From positions 3,286,001-3,350,000 of the forward strand of contig MU058221.1 in NCBI GenBank assembly GCA_013265495.1: a stretch of DNA of 64,000 bases. The letters are read 5' to 3'. This DNA is from Vicugna vicugna. Its lineage: Eukaryota. A program made the position numbers and the translations under genes. Below, in pieces: positions 53,068 to 64,000 of the stretch (position 1 is the first letter of the stretch; the number at the start of each line of letters is the position of its first letter). The notes under the pieces are model-generated. The model made no database searches. It had not been told where the DNA came from and worked only from the letters and a program-made list of their open reading frames with translations.

Positions 53068-56000
53068 AAGAATCTGGGACATGATCATATTTCTAAAGGC
53101 GATTAAGGGACCTACTCACACAAAGGACTCGGGATAAATCAAAAAGCATAATTTTCACTTTTATGTTTTCTATAAGATGCTGTCTCTCTCCATCTTTGAA
53201 GATGATATTTACCAGTATTAACACATATTTATTGACTCTGCTAAACAGGATATATTGGTTAAATACCCAGTACTCATTTATCCTTTCTTCCTGCAAATCC
53301 CAAGTACCTAGATTTGTAAGAGGTTGTGGACATAAGGAACCAAAAACAAAGCAAAACTCCTGGCCCCTGATGCAGGTCCAGGCAAGCAGAAACAGAGGGA
53401 GTGGCTGAGCGTGTCCACAAAGTCCAGAAAAGTTCTTCAAAACAGTTAAATCCACGGGCAGGGAGTCTCTTGTTCTCCAAAGTTCTGACAGGAAGACTCG
53501 CGCTTCAGAGGCTGTCACTTGGTAAACCACGTCCCTTCGGTGTTGGCTTGACATAGAAATCCCATTAAACTTTCCCAGCAATGTTCCCATTCATTTGACA
53601 GCCACTTTGTGACTCAGGATCTCAAGAACTGGAGAGAAATTTACAACAGCTGTCCCTGCTTCAAATTTTAAATCATCCCAAACTCTGCGGGTCTCAGCTC
53701 CTCCCTCAGCATCCCGAGCACTGTATCATCCCGCAGGCTGGCCGCAAGCCAAGAGCTGGTACTGGACACGCATGGCCCAGGGGCTGTACTAGTGGGACAG
53801 GAAAGCAGGAGTGATTGGTCCTGTCTTAGGATTTATTGCTAAGTTTGTCTTAGACCTTATCAAGTGAACACAAAACCATCACATAGCCTGCACGGGTCAA
53901 CCTGAAGGACACTCAGCCCAGCCACTGACGCAGAGTGGCTGGAGACCAGCTGTACCAGGAGGGCAACAAGAAATATGTGCTTAAATACACCTCTTTTGAA
54001 CTCAGTACTTATGAAAAATTAAGAAAATTAAAAAAAATTTTGATGTGCATGTGGATTTTTACAAAAGTATACTTGTCACAGGGAGAAAATCTGAGATACC
54101 AAGTAAGAGGGAAATCTTTATATAATTTGAATATCTTTGCACATTGAAATAATACATTTTAAAAGTTCTGTTTATACTTACAGAGCTATTAATAGTTTGA
54201 GAGAATTGTGATTATACAGTGATGAAAAGAACCAAGAAAACATGATACAAAACTGATAAACAGCACAATTCCAATTAAACAAATATATATATAGGTGGTA
54301 TATAGGTGGTTTATATATACATATGTATGTGTGTGTGTATATATAGACATATATAGGATTTATGAGTAAAAAACATGAATAGAAAATGATACCCTTCTTT
54401 AACTGGTGATAATCTTTCCCTAATTCTCATTACTTTAATATTTAGAGAAAAAATATTAAGCTCCTTTTAAAAAAATCTTAAAATGTCACTCCTTTGGGTC
54501 CTAGTGAAATTCGATGTTATTTTATTCTTATGAACTATCTGAGAAAATAACTTTTAAAGGGGGCATAAATACAAAATGTAGCAACATTTTAAAGCCTTTG
54601 ACAAGTCTCGTTGCAGTACGCCTTTCTTCCGGCTTAACGATTTCCAGCATGTTAGCTGACGGTCCCGCATCTGGACCGAACCTACTGCTTTTCCGGACCA
54701 AGCGCAGCGTGTCTCTCTGGCCCGGCGGTCCCCTCCCTCTAGTGTGCTTCCCTCTCCTGTACTGAGGATCCTTCCAGGACGCCTTATATTTCAGGGTCGT
54801 TTCTAACCCATCTGAAGTTACCTGGTGTGACTCCTTAATACCTAATAGTTCTCCTTGCGTTCACCTGAAGTCCTCTCTCTGTCCTTTTATTCTTCTTTAG
54901 CAGAGATAACAAACCAGGACGGTTCCCAAATAGCTACTTAATTCATTGGAGCCTTGTTTATGCTGCTCTTGGATTTATATTTTCTCAAGAGGACGGAACA
55001 GTGCTTAGGCTGCAAATGGCCTGACTGATACTCCCTTTAGAAGATGTACTCATGGAAAATAGTTAGTTATGCCCCTGAAATGTTTCTTTTCAAGTTTAAT
55101 CACACTGCGATGTTCTTATCTTGAGACTAAATTCCCTTCTTTTGCTGAACTGGGCTTTCGGTGGGAAATACAGCCGGTAAAAATATCTTGAGTTTAAAGC
55201 TGCAACGCAGAAGTTTTCCTTAAATCCTCCTGTTCTAGATAAAGAGAGAATCTCTTTACTTTCCTACGGTTAATACAGAATCAAGACCCATGACCTACAA
55301 GAAGGAAACACGTTTAACTGGTTAAAAATTGCCAACTGTAACTTGAAACTTGGAATTCCAATCGTAAGACTCACCGGATGTTACACTGTATGGTTTTCCA
55401 TTTCCTTCTATGAAATTAGGGATTCCTACCTCATAGCATTCCTGTGAACTTAAATAAACTGTTTCAGGCACTACGTTTGACAAAAGAAGAAGCCCTCAAT
55501 AAATGTCATTTTCCTAATTATGTATTAGAAACCATCACATACGATATTCTTGGGGAAAAATACTCTGTGGCATAAGAATTCTTCAAGCTGCAGGCGTCAG
55601 ACCAGGAACTCAGTAAGTCTATGGGAACGAGCAGAAGTAACAGGGAGTAACGGAGTTGAGAGAAGTAAATTTCATGCAAGGTAACTTCTAATGAATGACA
55701 ATAATGATGCCTATTCATTCACCACCTTCTGAAGCCCCGTGCGTCTGCGTGCTTGCGTGCTGTAGCTCTCACGTGCCTGACACGCTGTTAGATGACCATG
55801 ATAAATAAGGCGTATCAGTCACTGCCTCGGTGAATCCTACATTCTAGGCAGCATGTGGGCAAGTAGAAAACAAGAGCAGACAAAAATAAACAGCAAATAG
55901 TTTTCCTTAGATGCAGTGAAGAAAACATAGTTTGGAATCTTATGATGTTGATGAAAAGACAAGCAAGGGAAAGCAATTGGTCAAAGAGACAATTCGATTC

Positions 56001-56519
56001 AAATGTGTTAAACCATTAACCAGTTAATCACGCCCTGAGTCCCGTTCCCCAGATAATAATGGAATAAGCTTGTTTGTGGGCATCTGTAATCCAGAAATCC
56101 GTCAGAGAGTGTTGTGGTTGTTGTGAGTTTCAGACATCACATTTTAGTGATGATGATGGAGCTACTGGATCTGAGATATAATCAGAAAACTCCGAAGACT
56201 GCCAGGACCGTGTTCTGACAGTCCTCCGTGGCATAATGAATATGTTCATTTGCATATTCCACTCACTCATTCAATAGATCTTTATCATGCATACTTTGTT
56301 TTAGACACTATGTAAGTTATAAAGAAGCTTTAAAGATGAACATGAAATAATCCTTAACTCGAAAGATTTCGTAGTTTATTCCAAGAGGGAAATCATAGTT
56401 TTGTATAATAAAATTATAATAAAATAATAATAAAATAAAGATACATCCATTGCGAAATGGGAGGCTGCTTGTAGCTCTGCAGACATTTATCAGGAAGGGG
56501 TTTAATGCTGAAATTCTAT

Positions 56520-57037
56520 TGTTGGGGAGGAAAAACTTTTCTTCTCTCCTCTAGTGTTTTTGATGAGGTGCCTGCAAATTAAACTGACAAAAGAGAGCTT
56601 ATCCGATTATCCAGGGGGGAAAAAAAAACTGACTTCATTAAGTACACGTGCACTAAAGTTCACAAAGAAATGTGACTCAAGGAGGCAGCCAGAATTTGAG
56701 GTTTTATACCATCTTAACAGGGAAGGGACATGGGGCACCTCTGGGAGAACAAATGGTTCCTTAGAAGGGGGAGAGAGGGCACTGTGGCAAAATAAACAGC
56801 TTTAAAAAAAATGGGACCTTAGGAGAACAGATGGAGGATATAGTTTGTGACAATGTCCATTTGGGTGTGGCGCTGACTTTTTTCTCTGAGACTAGAGCTG
56901 CTTCCTGAGACAGGGTTTATGACAGTTGAGTTCTTTTGGGAAGCCCTCCTTTTAGGCAGTTAAGGAATTCAGAAACTCAAATGCCTTCCCTTCAAAATAT
57001 TTTTTTATGCCACAGTGGTTTATTCTGAACCCCTTGA
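56520..57037 (-). mobile_element. Solo LTR, MER34-like (ERV1)
   Basis: Perfect 4-bp TSD CTAT (56516-56519, 57038-57041); minus-strand start T(C)AAGGGGTTCAGAA..TGGCATAA..GAAGGCATTTGAG. Confidence 0.85.
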
Positions 57038-57360
57038 CTATCTTTAAGAATGGAGACTTGCAAGTTGAATTCAAAAGGGAAGGGGAAGATTATAAACAGG
57101 TGATGCATGATACTAGGGTGAGTACAGTTTTACTGACCAGGGGAAAAAGAAAGGGTTACGTGTGCTGTTAAAGAGAACCAAAGCTGAACAGCAGTTAAAG
57201 TGGTAAAGGCAGATTTTATTCAGGGACTATTGCAACAGGGGGACAAACTCCACAGCGTAAAACTGGGCTCAGTTCCTAATACAAGAAGGACAAACGGGGG
57301 CTCATTCAAGGAGTAGAGTGGGGTCAGGAGATGGAAAGTTTCCAAGAGGAAATATGGGGG

Positions 57361-57820
57361 TCCTGCTAAAATTCCAGCCTCTGTGCCCACAGCCGAAATA
57401 GAATCGGAGACAGAGTTTTGGATGGATAGAGAAGAACAGCGTTACTGCTTTGCCAGGCAAAGGGAGACACAGCGGGCTAATGCCTCAGAGACTGTGAGCC
57501 AGTCTTGGGGTAAGGGTCCTGGGGTTGTATAGAAAAAGGTAATAGGACAGGAGGGTGGTAACCGTCAGGGTACTTGTGTGGGGGCTGCACGCCTTTTCAC
57601 CTTAGTAAGAACCTGCCGTTGTCATGGAAGAATTTAGGAGCATCTGCTCATTCTCTTGAGGTTATCATTCTTTCTGAAATAACACTCCTGGGATAAAGGA
57701 TAAGCTATGCCAAGAAAATAACACGCAGGGAGGGGAGCAGGTGAGTCACAAGGTCAGTTTGGCTACAAAGCACAGGCCCGAACAACTCAGGAGGCATCTT
57801 GTCTGTTTCAGACCCTTTCA
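57361..57820 (-). mobile_element. Nested solo LTR
   Basis: Interrupts the host LTR; minus-strand start TGAAAGGGTC; flanks GGGG/AGGG. Confidence 0.7.
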
Positions 57821-57967
57821 AGGGGGCTGGCAACTCTGGTTAAACTGACCTGAGAAGTTTCTTTCTAAAGGAGGCCACGGCGATCAGATGCCAAGGGCAG
57901 GGGAGAGAAAGCTTCATCAGATGTCGGGGAAAATCAGATACCAAGGATGGGAGATTCTTGCAAAACC

Positions 57968-58567
57968 TGTGAGCTGAAGACTGGGTTCACTGCTCGGCGG
58001 ATATCAAGCCAAAAGACACAACCGAGCGGAAGACTAGGGGAAGGAAGGATTTACAGTTACTTGCAGCAGGTAAGGAGAATGCTGGCATCTTTCCCAAAGC
58101 AGCTTTTTTCCCTGAACAGCAAAACTGGGGACATTTTAAGCTAAGGGTACATGCATATTCATGAAGGAGCTTGAGCAAAGGGAGAATTCAGCATAGAACT
58201 GGGGCAAAGGGTTGACAGAGTCCAAGCTTCAGTTGCTTGAAGTCACAGGGGACAAGATCACCTGGGTGGAGGGGACCTTGGTTCCTACAAAGCTCAAAGA
58301 TACATTATTGTGCATATATGTTGCTTGAGGGACTGGACTGCTTTATCAGTGCCTTGCTGTTTGACTGCTTTTTCTCTGTCCCTGTCTTCCTTCGTTCCCT
58401 TAAAATCACTAATTACTGAGACCCTGTTCAAGGGAAAGGCTATGGCCAGGCTTGGATCACACAATGGTTTAGACCAAAATGGCTTCTCTTATGTCAAGAA
58501 AGCCATCTCTTCTCTTGTGCCAAGAAAGTTCTCTTTCTCCAAGGACCCCCTCATTTATCTGCTTACA
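57968..58567 (-). mobile_element. Nested solo LTR
   Basis: TGT...ACA termini; interrupts host LTR at GCAAAAC|CACTGAC; TSD degenerate (AACC/CACT). Confidence 0.7.
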
Positions 58568-58774
58568 CACTGACTGAGTAGGATTCTGGCTACAAGTAAG
58601 TAATGCAAAGACATCTTGGCTTACTCAAGAAGTGGGCTCAGGGGAGCCTAACTGAAGTCTGGCCAAGGAAAGTGTCTTTGTCAACTCAAAAAAGGAGGGA
58701 GTGGCGAGGAATGGTGGCAGAGTTGGGTAATCTTCCAGATTCCTTCTTATATAGAGAACTTGCTTCCACTGATT

Positions 58775-58890
58775 CCTTTTCTTCCCTTCCTCTTTCTTTT
58801 CTTTCCTTCTTTCTTTCATTTCTCTTTCTCTGCCTTCCTTCCTTTTTTTCTTTGCTTTCCTTTTCTTTTCTTCGTTTAAACAATTTTTTT
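58775..58890. repeat. Pyrimidine-rich (CTTT/CCTT)-type low-complexity tract
   Basis: Direct reading. Confidence 0.9.
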
Positions 58891-59828
58891 TTAAATGTTA
58901 GGCTCGAATCCTATCTGTTGGTCTAGATTTGCTATATAGGTAATGTTTACTGGCAGAGATGTTATGCCTTCAGGCGGCAAATCATTTTAAATTCAAAGAA
59001 CTGTATGGGAGAGAGTTACCAAACCAAGACGACTGCCTACTCTGATGGGGTCAGAGCCCTGGGGGAGAACAATATTGATCATTAAGGGAGAGCTCTGCTG
59101 GAGTTTCTCTTGAATGGACTGAATTGCTCAGTGAGAAGATTTTCTATTGAAAAGAAGTTGTCAGAGTTGCTCAAATTCCTCTTTCCTAATTAGGCCTTTG
59201 AATTTGAGCTATAATTTCAGACAAAAAAGGAGGGTAGTGAAATTCTGTAGCCAGGGAGGGATGGCGAATGAAATAAAAGGATAATTTTAAAACCTAATGA
59301 AAACAGAAAATAACAGCAATTTGGGGAGCTTACTGACATCATTTCACGGTTTCTAACTGGGAGGCAATTAGCATGCGATTGTCCCAGCTTCGCTGGTTTC
59401 CAGAAAGGATCCCTGCCACCCCCAAACATGGGGAAATTCTTGACACTTTTTTCCAGACTCTCTTGGCCTTTTGTCACAGGTCTTGTTCCTTTCCCCTTTA
59501 ATCACACATTCCTTAGAGAGTGTGTGCATTTTCCACAACAGTGTTGCCCATCACAGAGTCCCTGTGCTTCAAGCCACAACCTCTTCTTGCCTTTTTTGGG
59601 GGAAGTACAACTTGTCTTTTACTTGTTGATAGAATAGAAGCGAAAATTGTGTGACTTGAAGGGTAATGAAAAATTTCGCTCTGCACCAAAATTCCTTTCC
59701 AACTGATGCCAGAAATCCTCTAAATAAAGATTAATTTACTGGCATTTAGTGAAAATTCTCCAGCAATGCAAATGCCTCTTTGTGGATATTAAATAAAATC
59801 TGAACGGGAATGGATTTTCCATTGATTC

Positions 59829-60296
59829 TGTCAGGAGAAAAACTGAGAACACACAGCAAGACAGACTTCATTCAAGGAGGAATGCTGCAGTGGGTGCACA
59901 ACAGAGCTACCACCAGCGGGGTTTGTGGTAGTGGAGAGAGATGGGGCTCAACTCTGAATTTAAAAAAAAAGAAGGGAGTTTATACCAAGAAGCAAGGTGG
60001 GGGTCAATGGACGGAAAATTACTATGAGGAAACATCGGGGGACACAGGGGGGATTCTGGCTAACCCCGCCCAACAGGATGCTTGCTGAAGGCAGGCCAGG
60101 GTCATCGGGTGTCCCCTGGGGACCACAGAGAATGAAGAGCTGGATGAGATACCGGGGATGGCTAACCTGACTTAGCAGGATTCTTGTTACAGTCGGACAA
60201 CGCAGAGACGAACACGGAAGTCCAAAGGACGGGGTCTACTTGAAAAAGGTCTCCAAGAGCCTAACTAGAATTTGATCAAGGAGGGAACCTTGGCCA
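59829..60296 (-). mobile_element. MER31/MER67-like LTR
   Basis: TG...CA termini; GGAAAATTACTATGAGGAAACATC, CTGACTTAGCAGGATTCTTG and GAGCCTAACTAGAATTTGATCAAGGAG motifs. Confidence 0.8.
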
Positions 60297-61339
60297 GTGC
60301 TCACATAAATGCATTTTTAAGAATTTCCTCTCCTACTCTAATGCAACTTTTCTGAGTTTCATAACACATGCACTCAAGCCAAAGGTGAGACGTACAGGGT
60401 GGTGTCCAGTTACGGCTTCCAACAAGGCCTGAGTCTAGGCACGGTCCATGTGACCTTGATACAACCGGATCAATGATCATGCCAATTGCTACAGAACTCT
60501 CAGTGTTAACAACGGAGGGGAAAGAAGATAACTGGCACAAATCTCCTCTCCAGCCATCTTCCTGTCGTCCCAGATAGCTCTCCTTGCTCTAATTTGGTGA
60601 GCTGCTACCGTTGGCAAGCTGGCTTTTCTCTGTCAGCACAACCTTGAGAACATGGTCAGCTGCCCCGTGTGTCAATTCGAGGGCCCCTCAGTATTCCATA
60701 ACCAGACATCCAATGGAGAACTGGTCCTTCAGTGTCTGCCCTACTTTTGCAATTCTGGTCTCTTGTCAATGTCCGATGGCTTAAACCTCCATGTCTCTAC
60801 GCTTGCACTTTGTGTCTTATCAAAGTGAAATATTTGGCTGGAACAGTAAGGCATTGGCAAATTGCCTCTCTGCCACTTTGCTATCTCCAGCGAAAGGCTC
60901 TTTACAATGGAATCACTACCTTTTCAGATCACTTGGTGCTCACAAGGAGCTGTCTGAGAGGGTTACAGGGAATCAGCCATCTCTTCTTCTCCGGCTCCCT
61001 AAGCATCCATCTCTTGTTAAAACTTAATGCTGCTCCTTTTTGCTACCACAAGTGTTAGCTCAGAGGCATCTTTTTCTTTTAGGTAGAATCTTTACAAAGG
61101 ATTTTAGAAGCAGCCTGGTTTTTTATTTTTTCTATCAAACTTCCAAAACTCAAGCATTAAGTAAGAATGCCTTTGAAGGCTCAGGGGCTAATAGTTCAAA
61201 CAGGATTCAATAACAAGAATGACTATTATCATCATAATTTCTTAATCCCAGATAAAGGAGTCTTCAGTTCCCACCTTCCCCCCTCAACTCAGTGAACCCT
61301 AATATGAGAATTTGTCGCCCAGGACATATACCATTGGCA

Positions 61340-61790
61340 GTATTGTCAATATGACTTAGGGTTCAGGTTGCAAAAGGTAGATATTCATTTCAAATCAGCT
61401 TAAGGAAAAAAAAATGTATTCGTTCAGTTAACCAAGGAGTCCAGGGATTGAGATGGCCTTTGAAATTTCAAGAAATGCAAAATGTATGATTTTTCATTCC
61501 CTGTCCTTCCTTCTCTCTCCAAGATCATCTAAGAATTTTGCCCATATATTTTTCTGTTTCTAGATAGGGAAATCTGGCTACAGAGAAATACAGGCTCAAA
61601 TTATCTGAGTTTTACAAACCAAGAAGAAAGGAAAGGCTTCCCAGGGGAGTCCGTGGATAATGAACACACCCTTTAGCCAGTGGCTGTGAAAGAAGGAACA
61701 AGGGCTGGGGTGTAATGATTATTCCTTCCTGGGCCACACTCATCCTTCTGTAGCCAGAATACTCTAAATACAGCCTCCTAGAAACTACCT
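61340..61790 (-). mobile_element. Old MLT1 (MaLR) LTR remnant
   Basis: GGTTGCAAAAGGTAGA..TCAAATCAGCTTAAGGAAAAAAAAATGTATT pattern. Confidence 0.5.
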
Positions 61791-62229
61791 GGAAATGGGG
61801 ATGGTAAATTCCCCCACGTGGTAAGTGCTTTGTTTTGAAAAGAGGCAGGATACGATGAGCAAAAAAAACGCAATAAAAATAAAACAGAGGTCCATACCAT
61901 GTAGCCTTTCTCCATTTCCCCTGAGATACATACATTGAGATTCAGATTCTTGAAGCAAAACAGTCACTTTCAGAAACAGTTGCCTTCCCTTCTGTTAACT
62001 GTAAACTAAACTTATCTCTGGGGGTGCAGGTGTCATATTTTGGTAGTTTCGCCAAGAAAAAAAATTAAAAAGATGCAGCTGGTTGGAACCATTCATGCTT
62101 CAAAACACTTTCCCTGCCATCCTGAGAGTCGACCACCTGTAACTCTATGTATGAGCCATTGAAAGTCCTTACAAAACCCCCCCACAGAACTGGGATGTTA
62201 TGACTGGAATGGACCTGCAAGACCATTAA

Positions 62230-62640
62230 GTCTACATCCTAGGACATTCAAGAGATACTGTTGTTTTAATGATAAAGCATTCTTTACACCTGACCTCCAA
62301 CGAGGACAACTGTACTGCGTCCGAAGGCGGAATAGTCTGGCGTTCAGCATCTCTGATTAGTGGAGAGCAATTTGAGTATATTATGAACAGAGAAACAGAG
62401 TTGCATATTATGAAAGACAGATACATTTTGAATGCTAAAAAGTATTTTTTCCAGAGTTGTGAGACGAAAAGTACTATCCTGCAGTCTCTTCTCACTGATA
62501 TTGGGGTCAAATAAAATACGTGTAATTTCCTTTTCCTGAGACAGCCCTGCACATATACCTAGAGCCAGCCGCAGGCCCCCTATGCGTTGCTTCTCCTTCA
62601 ACGTAAATATTGCTAATTTCCCCAGCCTTTCCTCATTCAA
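62230..62640 (-). mobile_element. CR1/L3 LINE ORF2 3' remnant
   Basis: Minus-strand translation EERLGKLAIFTLKEKQRIGG resembles the CR1 motif YEERLRELGLFSLEKRRLRG. Confidence 0.6.
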
Positions 62641-63064
62641 ATAAATAAATATAAAACATGCCCGTGCAAAGACAATTTCAGTTCCTTTTACAAAACTTCC
62701 TGAGAGTTAAGGGAAAAAAAAAACCAAACTAAAAGTCCTGTGTCTCCCTCTTCCTCCCCCATCTCTCTTTCTCAGGATTGGACGACCCAAAGCTTAATTC
62801 TGTTTAATCATCACAGCAACTCTGAAGGTCAGATATGATTTTGTCCACTTTGCTAATAAAGAAATCACGGCTTTTTGAGGGCAAGTGCATTTCCCAGCAG
62901 CTCAAGCTCAAATGTAGCTCCTTCTGATTGGGAGCGCGTCCCACCTGGCCGCGGGGTGTATAAACTGGACCGCCTGTCACAGAAGGGGCTTGATGTAAAC
63001 TGTACTGGCTGGGGAGGTACCCATCTATTCTGCGTTTCCATTCATTCCAATCCAGGACACAAAA

Positions 63065-63370
63065 CAGACGAACCTCAATGTGATGCTGAGTGAAGGAGTT
63101 CAGACCTGAAAGACTCTGTTGTGTAATTCTACTTACTGGAAACTAACAACAGCAGCAAAAACAGCAGATCTGTCACAGCAGGTGCCCAGGACTGGGGAGG
63201 GGCATGAACATGGGAACGGGTGCTGCAGACGGGTACCAGAAGCCAGGTCACGGACATTTCTTAAACTGGATTGCGGTGATGTCTGCAAAACTGTTAAAAC
63301 TTACTGAAGCTTACTATACACGGAAAAGGGGAACTTTTATTTTATGGGAAGTATGCCTCAGTGAAGCTAC
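63065..63370 (+). mobile_element. Old L1M 3' UTR fragment
   Basis: GAACCTCAA..ATGCTGAGTGAAGGA...AAACTGGATTGCGGTGATG...AAGTATGCCTCAGTGAAGCT. Confidence 0.65.
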
Positions 63371-64000
63371 TGAACAATACTACCAAGGACTTCTTAGAAA
63401 AACAAGAAGGGATCGAAGGAGCTGTAGAGTTTGCACCTCGACAGCACAGTTCTTTCTGCACTGAGATGTCACAGACTACATGTCATGCTGCCATTTCACA
63501 TATAGTAAGAGAGAGTTCTGCAATCCTATTAAATTATTAAGTTAAACTATAAAATATTTGCTTGTAGTTATTTTATATGTATTTTTTCTTAAGTATTGTT
63601 AAATTTGGACCAAAACTTGTCTTACATGATCACAACAGCGTGTACACCTCGAAGAAGCTCACAGAGGCATTGAGAATGATGAGTAAGTCACGACTGCTGT
63701 TTGGCTTCTAAGTACACGCTGCTTTCAGAAATGATGAGACATGAAAAACACACGCATGTTAGACTGTGCGCTAAACACCAGAGTAAGAAGAAAACCAAAG
63801 GCCCAGAATAGTCTACATCTGGGACACAACGAGGAGGCAGCTGGGTGAGGACAGGGAAGGAAGATGCTTCATGGGAGAAAAACTTGGTAAAGACAAATGG
63901 CCCGAGATGCAACGAGCTGGAGCAGGCAGGGTAAGCACCGAGAAACCACGCGTCAGCACCACACGAGAAACTCACCGAGGCCGAGACCACACCTCGGGTC

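Larger units (their letters stand above)
57166..58683 (-). mobile_element. MER31/MER67-like LTR split by two nested LTRs
   Basis: TGTTAAAG...CTTTGTCA termini; minus-strand AATAAA at 57215-57220; pieces 57166-57360, 57821-57967 and 58568-58683 are collinear with the LTR at 59829-60296. Confidence 0.8.

Noticed and set aside
57166..60296. Intact two-LTR provirus
   Set aside because: No gag/pol/env remnants, no PBS or PPT in the expected positions, and dissimilar LTR ends; kept only as the swapped-flank finding.

Overview
Mammalian non-coding genomic DNA, very probably camelid (alpaca/camel-type): it carries tRNA-derived SINEs of the Vic-1 type and young L1 3' ends of one lineage-specific family. 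I recognise no protein-coding gene, RNA gene or processed pseudogene. The only ORFs with recognisable protein similarity are remnants of L1 ORF2 and CR1/L3 ORF2. The window is an intergenic or intronic landscape of L1, L2, MIR, CR1, LTR and DNA-transposon fossils, microsatellites and one 620-nt assembly gap. Most notable: (i) a cluster of five minus-strand LTRs at 56.5-60.3 kb, where two MER31-like LTRs appear to have reciprocally swapped 4-bp flanks; (ii) a SINE dimer enclosed by one target-site duplication; (iii) atypical L1 insertions (twin-primed, 28-nt, tail-less); (iv) a near-perfect CTCF site, three perfect CREs in 10 kb, and ETS-IRF and GAS motif clusters; (v) a few candidate exons. 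Repeat family names are from memory of consensus sequences, not database searches, and boundaries of old repeats are approximate. I cannot support a claim of a wholly new biological system here.
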